Assembly: GCA_964638795.1 (NCBI GenBank)
Contig: CAZXAX010000001.1
Span: 1-54,754 of the forward strand
Origin: an uncultured Bifidobacterium sp.
GTDB lineage: Bacteria; Actinomycetota; Acidimicrobiia; Acidimicrobiales; Ilumatobacteraceae
Direction of reading: 5' to 3'
DNA: 54,754 nt
Shown here: positions 26,999-36,205 of the stretch, piece by piece
Layout: every line of letters starts with the position of its first letter
How positions within the stretch are numbered: position 1 is the stretch's first letter
Notes under the pieces: model-generated
What the model was told of the DNA's origin: nothing
The model's database searches: none
Seen by the model: only the letters and a program-made list of their open reading frames with translations
Made by a program: the position numbers and the translations under genes

Positions 26999-28482
26999 TG
27001 CGTCGTCGACAGATCATCACGCTGATCACGATTCTCGTGGTCGCCTTTGGCTCACTTGCCGCCAACCTCATAGCCGGCAACAGTCCCTCGCTTGGCCTTG
27101 ACCTGCAAGGTGGCGCATCGGTGACCCTTGAGCCACGTGAAAAAGCTGAGAGCGAAGCAATCGACGTGGCCGTTGAAATCATTCGCAAGCGCGTGGACTC
27201 AATTGGTGTGGCTGAACCCGAGATCATTCGCCAAGGTGACACAGTTGTGGTGAACCTGCCTGGTGTTAAGGACCAGGAAAGTGCGTTGAATATCGTGGGT
27301 CGTACCGGTGAAGTGCAGTTGCGTCCCGTGATTGCAATGAGTCTTGGTGACGCAACCACCACGACAACCGCGGCTCCGAGCACCAGCGCACCTGCGGCAT
27401 CCTCAACTCTGCCCAGTGAGACGTCCACTAGTACGACTACTACTACAACTACGACGACAACCACGACCACGACGGTTCCCACCACAACCACCACGTTGCC
27501 TGAAAATGAAGGCGGCGTTGATGCAGCACTACCGGCCGAATTGTCGGACAAAGACGGTTATCTGTATTCACTTGGCCCATCAGGTGGTTCAGGTGAGGTA
27601 TTCAAAAACGATGCCAAAGCAGACATCAGCAGTGGCAGTTGGGTAGTTGTAGTCAGTTTGCGCAGTGGCGCCGAGGGCACCGACAAGTGGAATGCACTTG
27701 CTGCGCAGTGCTTTGATCGCACAGCCAGTTGTCCGAGTGGACAGTTAGCGATCGTCCTTGACGGTTTGGTTATCTCGGCACCCACGGTCCAAGAGCGCCA
27801 GTTCACTGGGGGCAGTGTTCAGATCACGGGCGACTTTAAAGAAAAAGAAGCAAAAGATCTCGCCAAGATCTTGCAGTTTGGTGCCGTGCCTGTGCGCTTT
27901 AACACTCCAACTGCACAGACCGTGTCTGCAACGCTCGGTAAGGACTCGCTGAATGCAGCATTGCTATCGGGCCTAGTAGGCGTGCTGCTGGTCTTGTTGT
28001 TCCTCGTTCTCTATTACGGTCGACTAGCGCTAATTGTGGTTTTGGGTCTCGGGGTCTCGGGCTCGATTTTGTGGAGTGTGATTTCGCTTTTGTCGCAAAC
28101 CAATGGCCTGGCCCTCACACTCTCGGGTGCTGCTGGAATAATTGTGTCAATTGGTGTCACGGTGGACTCTTACGTGGTCTTTTTTGAACGGCTCAAAGAC
28201 GAAGTGCGCTCAGGTAAGACTCTGCGCAATTCAGCACAGCGTGGTTTTGACTCGGCTTGGAAAACGATTTTGGCGGCAGACACCGTGTCATTGCTTGGAG
28301 CCTTGGTGCTTTGGTATCTGACGGTTGGGTCCGTGCGTGGATTTGCGTTCTTCTTGGGGCTCTCCACCTTGTGCGACATGATTGTGGCTTACTACTTCAC
28401 TCGCCCTGCAGTAGTGCTCATCTCAAAAGCTGGATTTATGAACCGTGGCAAGCAATTCGGTATTGAGGCGGCAACATCATGA
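26998..28482 (+). CDS. secD: protein translocase subunit SecD
   Basis: TGATG junction with yajC. 'LGLDLQGGASVTLE' and six C-terminal TM helices. Contains a Thr-rich insert. Confidence 0.93.
   Translation: MRRRQIITLITILVVAFGSLAANLIAGNSPSLGLDLQGGASVTLEPREKAESEAIDVAVEIIRKRVDSIGVAEPEIIRQGDTVVVNLPGVKDQESALNIVGRTGEVQLRPVIAMSLGDATTTTTAAPSTSAPAASSTLPSETSTSTTTTTTTTTTTTTTVPTTTTTLPENEGGVDAALPAELSDKDGYLYSLGPSGGSGEVFKNDAKADISSGSWVVVVSLRSGAEGTDKWNALAAQCFDRTASCPSGQLAIVLDGLVISAPTVQERQFTGGSVQITGDFKEKEAKDLAKILQFGAVPVRFNTPTAQTVSATLGKDSLNAALLSGLVGVLLVLLFLVLYYGRLALIVVLGLGVSGSILWSVISLLSQTNGLALTLSGAAGIIVSIGVTVDSYVVFFERLKDEVRSGKTLRNSAQRGFDSAWKTILAADTVSLLGALVLWYLTVGSVRGFAFFLGLSTLCDMIVAYYFTRPAVVLISKAGFMNRGKQFGIEAATS
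27355..27495 (+). repeat. in-frame ACN-codon low-complexity tract (Thr/Ser/Ala/Pro linker, including 14 consecutive Thr) inside secD
   Basis: SecD residues 120-166 read TTTTTAAPSTSAPAASSTLPSETSTSTTTTTTTTTTTTTTVPTTTTT. The T14 run spans 27433-27474 and is encoded by mixed ACT/ACA/ACG/ACC codons. Confidence 0.8.
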
Positions 28483-29651
28483 GTGATGCAATGAACGAAG
28501 AATTTGGCACAGTGCGTCGCTCAATCTGGTCTCGTCTGTATCACGGTGAGACAACATTCGATTTCGTAGGCAAACGCTGGTACGGATTCGGTTTGTCGTT
28601 GATCGTGATTGTGTTGACACTCGTATCACTGTTCACGAAGGGTTTGAATCTAGGAATCGACTTCGAGGGTGGTGTTGCATGGGAAGTTCCTGCAAAGACA
28701 CTCACAATCGATGGCGCAAAAGCGGTCCTTGAGGAAAATGGAATTAATGCCGACCAAGCAAAGGTGCAAACCCTTTCTGGATCTGATGGCGATCGCTTGC
28801 GTATTCAAGTTGGAGACCAACCCGAAGATGTTGCCGCCAAAGTTCAAGAAGGGTTAGCTAAAGCTGCCAGCGAAGGCGGCACTGAAGTCAGTGTTTCTGA
28901 GGTATCCCGGGCCGCGGTCAGCTCGTCGTGGGGTAGAAGTATCACCGAGAAGGCGATCCGAGCGCTGATTGTGTTCTTTGTTTTGGTGTCGCTCTATATC
29001 GCTTGGCGTTTTGAATGGCGTATGGCGATCTCGGCAATCGTGGCAATGGCTCATGACGTTCTGGTGTCCGTGGGCGTTTACTCGATACTCGGCTTTGAAG
29101 TCACTCCTGCAACCGTGGTCGCGTTCCTTACCATCCTTGGATTCTCGCTCTACGACACCATCGTGGTGTTTGACAAGGTGCATGAGAATGCAAAGCGATT
29201 CTCAGGGGCCAAAGTCTCATATGCGGATATCACGAATTTGTCAATGAATCAGGTTTTGATGCGTTCGCTTAACACTTCGTTGGCGGCGGTGTTGCCTGTG
29301 CTGTCGTTGTTGATCTTGGGTTCGGGAGTGATGGGTGCGGTGGCGTTGCGGGAGTTCGCACTTGCCTTGCTTGTAGGTATGGCCACTGGTGCTTACTCGT
29401 CGATTTATATCGCTACCCCACTGGTCTGCATCCTGAAGGAGCGCTCAGGCAAATACGCCGCTCTCCGCGGCGAACGCTCATTGGGTGAAGATATGACTCG
29501 ACTCGCAGTTGTTGGAACCGCTTCACGCCATCGCAACGAGCCAAAGGTTATTGAGCGCAGTCCTCGTGAGACTCAGTCGGCGGCCAGTTCCACGCTGGTT
29601 GAAGCTGCACTCACGCACCCCCCACGGCCACGAAAGAAGAAGCGCCGCTAG
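28479..29651 (+). CDS. secF: protein translocase subunit SecF
   Basis: ATGA overlap with secD. 'LGIDFEGGVAWEV' and six TM helices. Confidence 0.93.
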   Translation: MSDAMNEEFGTVRRSIWSRLYHGETTFDFVGKRWYGFGLSLIVIVLTLVSLFTKGLNLGIDFEGGVAWEVPAKTLTIDGAKAVLEENGINADQAKVQTLSGSDGDRLRIQVGDQPEDVAAKVQEGLAKAASEGGTEVSVSEVSRAAVSSSWGRSITEKAIRALIVFFVLVSLYIAWRFEWRMAISAIVAMAHDVLVSVGVYSILGFEVTPATVVAFLTILGFSLYDTIVVFDKVHENAKRFSGAKVSYADITNLSMNQVLMRSLNTSLAAVLPVLSLLILGSGVMGAVALREFALALLVGMATGAYSSIYIATPLVCILKERSGKYAALRGERSLGEDMTRLAVVGTASRHRNEPKVIERSPRETQSAASSTLVEAALTHPPRPRKKKRR

Positions 29652-29660
29652 GCTCATGTC

Positions 29661-31868
29661 ATGGCCACAGCGGACCGCGTACTCCCATGGAGGCGAGTCA
29701 ACGCAGCGCCCCAAGAGGACCTCGCTCCACTAATCGCTAGTTATCGTCGCCGTCATCCGAAGGCAAATGTCCAGGTGATTACGCGCGCTTATGAGAGTGC
29801 TCGAACCGCCCACCGTGATCAAACGCGATCAAGCGGTGAGTCCTACATCAACCATCCACTCGCTGTTGCTCGTATCGTTGCCGAACTCGGGCTGGATGAA
29901 ACGACCATTGCTGCTGCGCTGCTGCACGATGCGGTTGAGGACACTGAACTCACAATTGAACAAGTTCAGCAGGAATTTGGTGCTGAGGTCGCCTCAATTG
30001 TTGACGGTGTTACCAAACTCGATCGGTTGCAGTTCGACTCACGCGAGGCCCAGCAAGCAGCAACGATGCGCAAGATGCTCGTTGCAATGGCGCGTGATCT
30101 TCGAGTGTTGATCATCAAACTCGCCGACCGTCTACACAACATGCGAACCATTGCAGCAATGCCAGCGGATAAGCAACGACGCATTGCTCAAGAAACCATG
30201 GACATCTATGCGCCATTGGCTCATCGATTGGGGATGCAGGAACTGAAACAGCAACTCGAAGACCTGTCGTTTGCGGCCCTATTCCCCAAGCGCTACTCCG
30301 AACTTGACAATCTCGTGTTCACTAGAACGCCGGAGCGTGACGTTTATCTAGCGAGCATGATTGCCGAGATTCAATCACGGCTTAACTCATTGCGAATCAC
30401 TGCCGAGGTCACGGGTCGCGGAAAGCACATGTGGAGCATCTACGAAAAGATGGTGCAGCGAGGCAAAGAATTTGATGAGATCTTTGACCTTGTGGCGGTA
30501 CGAATCATCGTGGATTCGGTGAAGGATTGTTATGGGGCACTGGGATGCATCCACGGTCAGTGGAAGCCGGTGGTGGGTCGGTTTAAGGACTACATCGCAA
30601 TGCCCAAGTTCAATCTCTACCAGTCACTCCACACCACGGTCATTGGCCCCCAAGGCAAGCCACTGGAAGTTCAGATCCGCACTCGAGACATGCACAATCG
30701 GGCTGAATGGGGTGTCGCTGCTCACTGGTCCTACAAGGAAGGGTCAGGCGGTGAAATTGATTGGCTGGATCGCATCGTTGATTGGCAGACCGACCTAGAT
30801 GATCCAACCCAGTTCCTCGAAGACCTGCGGACCGACCTCGATCAGGACGAACTTTTTGTATTCACTCCGAAAGGTCGAGTCATTTCGCTGCCTATTGGTG
30901 GGACCCCAGTTGATTTTGCGTACGCCGTTCACACCGAGGTTGGTCACAAGTGCGCGGGAGCAAAAGTTAACGGTCGGTTGGTGGCTCTCGACACGGTCTT
31001 GCAATCGGGTGACACATGCGAGATCGTCACTGCAAAAGACGACACAATCGGACCTTCGGCGGATTGGTTGGGTTTTGTGAAGTCGCCGCGCGCGAAGAAC
31101 AAGATCAAGCAGTGGTTCTCGCGGGAACGCCGAGACGAGATGATTGAACGCGGTATGGACGCTCTCAACAAAGAGTTCCGCCGCCTTTCGCTTCCATTGC
31201 ACACGATCTGGGACTCTGACGCACTGGCGACCGAAGTTGCCGAAGCGAAATTCAGCGACATCGATGCGCTCTTGGTGAGCATCGGTGAGGGTCAGACGTC
31301 GGCACGAGCTGTAGCGCAACGAATATTCAAGCGGATGAGTGGCGGCGATGATGAAGAGCAGATCTCTATCGCGCGTCCAACTGATGGTGCTCCGCGTCGG
31401 CGTCGGCAGTCCGCCGGCGTGCATGTGGACGGAATAGACGATGTGTTGGTGCGACTTTCGCGATGCTGTACTCCTGTGCCCGGTGACGAGATTGTTGGTT
31501 TTGTCACTAAGGGCAGAGGGGTGAGTGTCCACCGAGCCGACTGTGCGAACGCCGTTCAGTTGCAGGCGGATATATCAGTCCGCATGATTGAAGTTGAATG
31601 GTCGCGCGAACGCTACGACACCACTTTCCGTGCCGGTGTCGAGGTGGTTGCGTTGGATCGTTCGCGTCTCTTGCGTGATGTGGCGAATGCAATCTCTGAG
31701 TCGCATGTGAACATCGTTGCGTGCTCCACCCATACGGGCGGGGATCGTGTCGCCAAAATGCGTTTTGAGTTCGAACTCGCCGATCCGAGCTACCTTGCCG
31801 GAATCCTGCGCACCATCAAGTCCATTGATGGCGTATATGACGCATATCGAATAGTCCCAGGGCGCTGA
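29661..31868 (+). CDS. rel: bifunctional (p)ppGpp synthetase/hydrolase
   Basis: HD domain 'HDAVEDT', synthetase 'RFKDYIAMPKFNLYQSLHTTV', and TGS and ACT domains. 735 aa. Confidence 0.96.
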   Translation: MATADRVLPWRRVNAAPQEDLAPLIASYRRRHPKANVQVITRAYESARTAHRDQTRSSGESYINHPLAVARIVAELGLDETTIAAALLHDAVEDTELTIEQVQQEFGAEVASIVDGVTKLDRLQFDSREAQQAATMRKMLVAMARDLRVLIIKLADRLHNMRTIAAMPADKQRRIAQETMDIYAPLAHRLGMQELKQQLEDLSFAALFPKRYSELDNLVFTRTPERDVYLASMIAEIQSRLNSLRITAEVTGRGKHMWSIYEKMVQRGKEFDEIFDLVAVRIIVDSVKDCYGALGCIHGQWKPVVGRFKDYIAMPKFNLYQSLHTTVIGPQGKPLEVQIRTRDMHNRAEWGVAAHWSYKEGSGGEIDWLDRIVDWQTDLDDPTQFLEDLRTDLDQDELFVFTPKGRVISLPIGGTPVDFAYAVHTEVGHKCAGAKVNGRLVALDTVLQSGDTCEIVTAKDDTIGPSADWLGFVKSPRAKNKIKQWFSRERRDEMIERGMDALNKEFRRLSLPLHTIWDSDALATEVAEAKFSDIDALLVSIGEGQTSARAVAQRIFKRMSGGDDEEQISIARPTDGAPRRRRQSAGVHVDGIDDVLVRLSRCCTPVPGDEIVGFVTKGRGVSVHRADCANAVQLQADISVRMIEVEWSRERYDTTFRAGVEVVALDRSRLLRDVANAISESHVNIVACSTHTGGDRVAKMRFEFELADPSYLAGILRTIKSIDGVYDAYRIVPGR

Positions 31869-31926
31869 GTAGCCCAGCGTCTAGCCTTGGTCGGCGTGGG
31901 ATGTGTTCCGTACTTGGAAATGATTA

Positions 31927-33177
31927 ATGGCTGAGTTCCAGACCAGCCCGGGCACCCGCGACATCTTGCACCCTGATTCGGCTCGCTGGCGCGCGTTTAG
32001 CGCACGATTTGCTGCCGCTGCAGAGGCCGCTGGTTTTCACCAGATAATTCCCCCGATGTTTGAAGATCTCGGCGTTTTCCAGCGTCTCGGTGAAGTCACG
32101 GATGTTGTGACCAAAGAGATGTATGACTTCATGGACAAAGGCGGGCGCCATGTTGCCTTACGTCCCGAGCACACCGCGTCAGTTTGTCGGGCATTTGTCC
32201 AGCATCGTCCCACGTTGCCGTGGCTCGTTTGGTATGCCGGCCCAAACTTTCGTTATGAAAAAGCACAGCAGGGCCGCTATCGACAGTTCGATCAAGTAGG
32301 GGTGGAAGCGCTCGGGTCCAACGATCCGTGGCTTGATGCAGAGATCATTGCGCTTGGATGGAATTTCTTTGCCGGACTCGGACTCAACGGCGTGAAGCTC
32401 GTGATGAACAGCCTCGGTGACAGTGGAGACCGTGAGCGCTATGTCGAAGTGCTGCGGTCTTATCTATCGGCCAACAGTGGGGGACTCAGTAAAGAAAGTC
32501 TTGAAACTCTGTCGCGCAATCCTTTGCGAGTCCTCGATTCCAAACGTGAACAGGATGCGCCAATTGTTGCTGGTGCTCCAAGTATCAGCGAGTCGTTGAG
32601 CGATGCAGCCAAAGAGCACTTCGCCACAGTGTTGAAAGGTCTTGATGCGCTCGGCGTACCGTTCACGGTTAATGATCGACTCGTTCGCGGTCTTGACTAC
32701 TACCGGCGAACCACTTTTGAATATGTGTCAACTGCCCTAGATTCAGCACAGAATGCGATCGGTGGTGGTGGTCGTTATGACGGGCTGGTGGAAGATTTGG
32801 GAGGCCCCGCAACTCCCGGCATCGGCTTTGCCCTTGGGTTAGACCGCACGCTTTTGGCCTGCGATGCAGAGGGCGTTTTCTCAGCCCCAATTGTTGGCAC
32901 TGACGTATTCGTGGTTGACACCACTGGCGGGGCTAACGCCACATCCATAGCCGCCGCACTTCGTAATGCTGGTCACACAGTTGCCAGAGCGTACGACTCT
33001 CGCAGCATGAAGTCGCAGATGAAACAGGCTGATAAGTCGGGGGCGAAAGTGACCTTAATAGTCGGTGAGTCCGAGGCTGAGACCAATACTGTGATTGTGC
33101 GCTCGATGGCCGATGGGGCTCAGCGCAGTGTCTCGCGAGATTCACTAATTGAAGAATTGAAGAAGGATTTCAAATGA
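31927..33177 (+). CDS. hisS: histidine--tRNA ligase
   Basis: 'RYRQFDQVGVEALG' and 'GGGRYDGL' class II motifs. Confidence 0.96.
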   Translation: MAEFQTSPGTRDILHPDSARWRAFSARFAAAAEAAGFHQIIPPMFEDLGVFQRLGEVTDVVTKEMYDFMDKGGRHVALRPEHTASVCRAFVQHRPTLPWLVWYAGPNFRYEKAQQGRYRQFDQVGVEALGSNDPWLDAEIIALGWNFFAGLGLNGVKLVMNSLGDSGDRERYVEVLRSYLSANSGGLSKESLETLSRNPLRVLDSKREQDAPIVAGAPSISESLSDAAKEHFATVLKGLDALGVPFTVNDRLVRGLDYYRRTTFEYVSTALDSAQNAIGGGGRYDGLVEDLGGPATPGIGFALGLDRTLLACDAEGVFSAPIVGTDVFVVDTTGGANATSIAAALRNAGHTVARAYDSRSMKSQMKQADKSGAKVTLIVGESEAETNTVIVRSMADGAQRSVSRDSLIEELKKDFK

Positions 33178-34937
33178 GCAAGACCGGTCTGCGAACCCAC
33201 CTCTGCGGGCAGCTGAGGGCATCAGATGTGGGTACCACAGTCACTGTCTGTGGCTGGGTCGGGAAGCGCCGCGAACACGGTGAACACTTAGCTTTTGTGG
33301 ATCTCCGTGACCACTCTGGTGTCTTGCAATGCGTGGTGGATAACTCGGTCGATGTTCGCAGTGAATACGTGGTGCGAATCACTGGAACTGTACGCGCACG
33401 ACCTGAAGGAACTATCAATTCGTCGTTAGTGACCGGCGAGATTGAAATCGGCGACTGCGCAGTTGAAATTCTCAACGCAGCCGAACCGCCGCCGTTCCCG
33501 ATCGACCAACGAGCCGATGATGTTGATGAGAACATTCGTCTTAGGTATCGCTATCTAGATATTCGTCGTGAACGCATGCAGCGCAACATCCGTGTCCGCG
33601 CTGCGGTCAACTCTGCGATTCGGGCCGCCATGGAGCGCCAGAACTTTGTCGAGGTCGAGACACCGTTTTTGATGCCTTCAACACCAGAAGGTGCACGAGA
33701 GTTTCTTGTGCCTTCGCGTAAAGAGCCGGGTTCGTTCTATGCCTTGCCACAATCGCCACAACTTTGGAAGCAGTTGTTGATGGTGGCTGGGATGGACCGC
33801 TATTACCAAATAGCAAGATGCTTGCGTGATGAGGACCTGCGCGCCGATCGTCAGTACGAATTCATGCAGCTGGATGCGGAAATGTCCTTTGTTACGCAAG
33901 ATGATGTGCTCGCAGCCATCAGTGAAGCGGTTATGTCTGCCGCCGAGGCCGTCACGGGTGAGCGCCCCCCCGAAATTCAGCGGATCACTTGGCGTGAAGC
34001 AATGGAGCGATTCGGTGTTGACAAGCCTGACCTGCGTTTTGGTCTTGAACTGATTGAGTTGACACAGATTTTTGCATCCACCGAATTCAAAGCGTTCTCA
34101 ACTGCTGAATCAATCAAAGGTCTGTGTGTGCGTGCAGGGGAGTACCCCGATACCGCAGCGGCGGGACGCAATCGACTCGATGCTCTGACTGATCGTGCCA
34201 AAAAACTAGGAGCAAAGGGTCTGGTGTGGATGCGTGTACAGGCCGGGGGTCAACTCGATTCGCCAGTGGCAAAGTTCTTGTCCGAAACAGAGATTGCCGC
34301 TCTGTTGACTGCAACGGGTGCTGTTGAGGGTGATCTAATTCTCATGGTTGCCGATTCCTGGCACAACGCATGTGAGGTTCTGGGTCAGTTACGAAACGAC
34401 ATCGGACGCCCACCGGTTCACGAGGGCCCTTATCGGTATGTATGGGTGGTTGACTTCCCGTTGTTCGTCGGAGTCGACCCCGTTTCTGGCAAGCCCAAAC
34501 CGGGGCACCACCCGTTCTGTCACCCGCATCCTGATGACCTAGACAAATTTGAAACCGATCCGCTGTCCGTGCGAGCGCTCGCTTATGACCTCGTTCTTAA
34601 TGGTTGGGAGCTCGGTTCGGGTTCGATTCGGATTCACGAGCCGGAGCTTCAGCGACAGGTGTTCAACCGACTCGGCATTTCAGACGAGGAAGCGGATCGT
34701 CGATTTGGGTTCTTCCTTCAGCCCTTCAAATACGGTGCACCGCCCCATGGTGGTTTTGCATTCGGAATTGACCGGCTCACGGCGATACTCGCAGGCGAAG
34801 AGAACATTCGTGAAGTGATTGCCTTTCCAAAAACGCAGTCGGGTCTCGATCCAATGACCAACGCACCCACGCAGATTGATGCCAAACAGTTGGCCGAGCT
34901 AGGTCTGCGTCCGTTGCCGCCGCCCAGCAACGCCTAA
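33174..34937 (+). CDS. aspS: aspartate--tRNA ligase
   Basis: ATGA overlap with hisS. 'FYALPQSPQLWKQLLM' and 'GGFAFGIDRL'. Confidence 0.97.
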   Translation: MSKTGLRTHLCGQLRASDVGTTVTVCGWVGKRREHGEHLAFVDLRDHSGVLQCVVDNSVDVRSEYVVRITGTVRARPEGTINSSLVTGEIEIGDCAVEILNAAEPPPFPIDQRADDVDENIRLRYRYLDIRRERMQRNIRVRAAVNSAIRAAMERQNFVEVETPFLMPSTPEGAREFLVPSRKEPGSFYALPQSPQLWKQLLMVAGMDRYYQIARCLRDEDLRADRQYEFMQLDAEMSFVTQDDVLAAISEAVMSAAEAVTGERPPEIQRITWREAMERFGVDKPDLRFGLELIELTQIFASTEFKAFSTAESIKGLCVRAGEYPDTAAAGRNRLDALTDRAKKLGAKGLVWMRVQAGGQLDSPVAKFLSETEIAALLTATGAVEGDLILMVADSWHNACEVLGQLRNDIGRPPVHEGPYRYVWVVDFPLFVGVDPVSGKPKPGHHPFCHPHPDDLDKFETDPLSVRALAYDLVLNGWELGSGSIRIHEPELQRQVFNRLGISDEEADRRFGFFLQPFKYGAPPHGGFAFGIDRLTAILAGEENIREVIAFPKTQSGLDPMTNAPTQIDAKQLAELGLRPLPPPSNA

Positions 34938-36170
34938 ATGAAAAACGAGAGCCTGTTCTCTGGTGCGGCTCGCGAACGTTTGCAGAATCAAGCACCACTT
35001 GCAGCACGTTTACGGCCACGCAACTTCGATGAAGTTGTAGGACAACAAAAGCTCGTAGCAGCGGGAGCACCATTCAGGAAGATGGTCGAAAACGACACGT
35101 TGCGATCTGTGATCTTGTGGGGGCCACCAGGCACAGGTAAAACGACACTGGCCGAAGTGGTTGCTTGTGTTAGCAGTCGCCACTTCGAACGCGTTTCAGC
35201 AGTGACATCGGGAGTAAAGGATCTTCGCGAAGTTATTGAGGCTGCGCGTGACCGCTTGGGAACTCATGATCAGCGCACGATTGTCTTTGTGGATGAAATT
35301 CACAGGTTCAACAAGGCGCAGCAGGATGCACTACTGCCCTCGGTTGAAGAAGGTTTAATCACCTTGATTGGGGCAACTACTGAAAATCCCTTCTTCGAGG
35401 TGAATGCCCCGTTAAGAAGTCGGTCAACTCTTTTTCGGCTCGAGCCTCTATCCAGAGAAGACATCGAGACTCTTGTGCTGCGTGGCATTGCGGCCGAGGG
35501 AATGGTTGCTGAACCCGAAGCCACCCAGTTGATTGCCGAGCGATGTATAGGCGATGGACGCCAAGCGCTGACTGCAGTTGAAGTTGCCTGTGCATTGGCG
35601 CGCCCAGACCGTGTGCAACTCCAGCACGCAGAGGCTGCGCTCAGCACGAGTGCGCTGCGTTATGGGCGCGACGATCACTATGACGTCATCTCTGCGTTTA
35701 TCAAAAGCATGCGAGGATCGGATCCAGATGCAGCTGTTTATTGGCTGGCGCGGATGCTTGAAGCCGGTGAGGATCCGCGTTTCATTGCCCGACGCATGAT
35801 CATTGCAGCAAGTGAAGATATCGGCATGGCGGATCCGTCAGCACTCACCGTTGCAGTGGCAGCAGCGCAGGCGCTGGATGTGGTGGGCTTGCCTGAGGCC
35901 CAACTCAACCTCGCGCAAGCTGCTATTCACATCGCACGAGCACCAAAGAGCAATGCCGTAGCAATGGCTATCTGGACTGCTCGTGAAGACGTCCGTAATG
36001 GTCAAGTGGCAGAGGTGCCTGCGCATCTTCGTGACTCCCACTACCAAGGAGCAGCACAATTGGGCCACGGCGTGGACTATGTGTCCCCGCATGATGACCC
36101 GCATGGATCGAAGTCGCAGAAGTACCTGCCTGACTCAATGAATGGAATTCATTACTTTGATAACACCTGA
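34938..36170 (+). CDS. rarA: replication-associated recombination protein A (AAA+ ATPase)
   Basis: Starts immediately after the aspS stop. 'LWGPPGTGKTTLAE' and 'VFVDEIHRFNKAQQDALLP'. Confidence 0.93.
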   Translation: MKNESLFSGAARERLQNQAPLAARLRPRNFDEVVGQQKLVAAGAPFRKMVENDTLRSVILWGPPGTGKTTLAEVVACVSSRHFERVSAVTSGVKDLREVIEAARDRLGTHDQRTIVFVDEIHRFNKAQQDALLPSVEEGLITLIGATTENPFFEVNAPLRSRSTLFRLEPLSREDIETLVLRGIAAEGMVAEPEATQLIAERCIGDGRQALTAVEVACALARPDRVQLQHAEAALSTSALRYGRDDHYDVISAFIKSMRGSDPDAAVYWLARMLEAGEDPRFIARRMIIAASEDIGMADPSALTVAVAAAQALDVVGLPEAQLNLAQAAIHIARAPKSNAVAMAIWTAREDVRNGQVAEVPAHLRDSHYQGAAQLGHGVDYVSPHDDPHGSKSQKYLPDSMNGIHYFDNT

Positions 36171-36205
36171 GCCCATAGTGCCCCTGAAGGTAGGCTCAAA
36201 AAGGC

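Noticed and set aside
26973-27551. 192-aa minus-strand ORF with a striking poly-Val run.
   Set aside because: The poly-Val run is simply the reverse complement of the ACN (Thr) tract in secD. It is not an independent gene.
30795-31532. 245-aa minus-strand ORF inside rel.
   Set aside because: It is a shadow ORF opposite a well-supported RelA/SpoT gene. It has low-complexity Arg/Ser/Thr composition, no SD and no family resemblance. The same reasoning applies to 3400-4080, 6849-7400, 14682-15317, 20432-20884, 23044-23550, 41172-41624, 41988-42473, 42490-43038, 51072-51611 and 53109-53672.
31901-31927. 8-codon upstream ORF (MCSVLGND) whose TAA overlaps the hisS ATG (TAATG).
   Set aside because: There is no usable SD (GTGGG directly abuts the ATG) and no His codons or other amino-acid-sensing logic. 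A tiny ORF like this is easily produced by chance in a 58-nt spacer.
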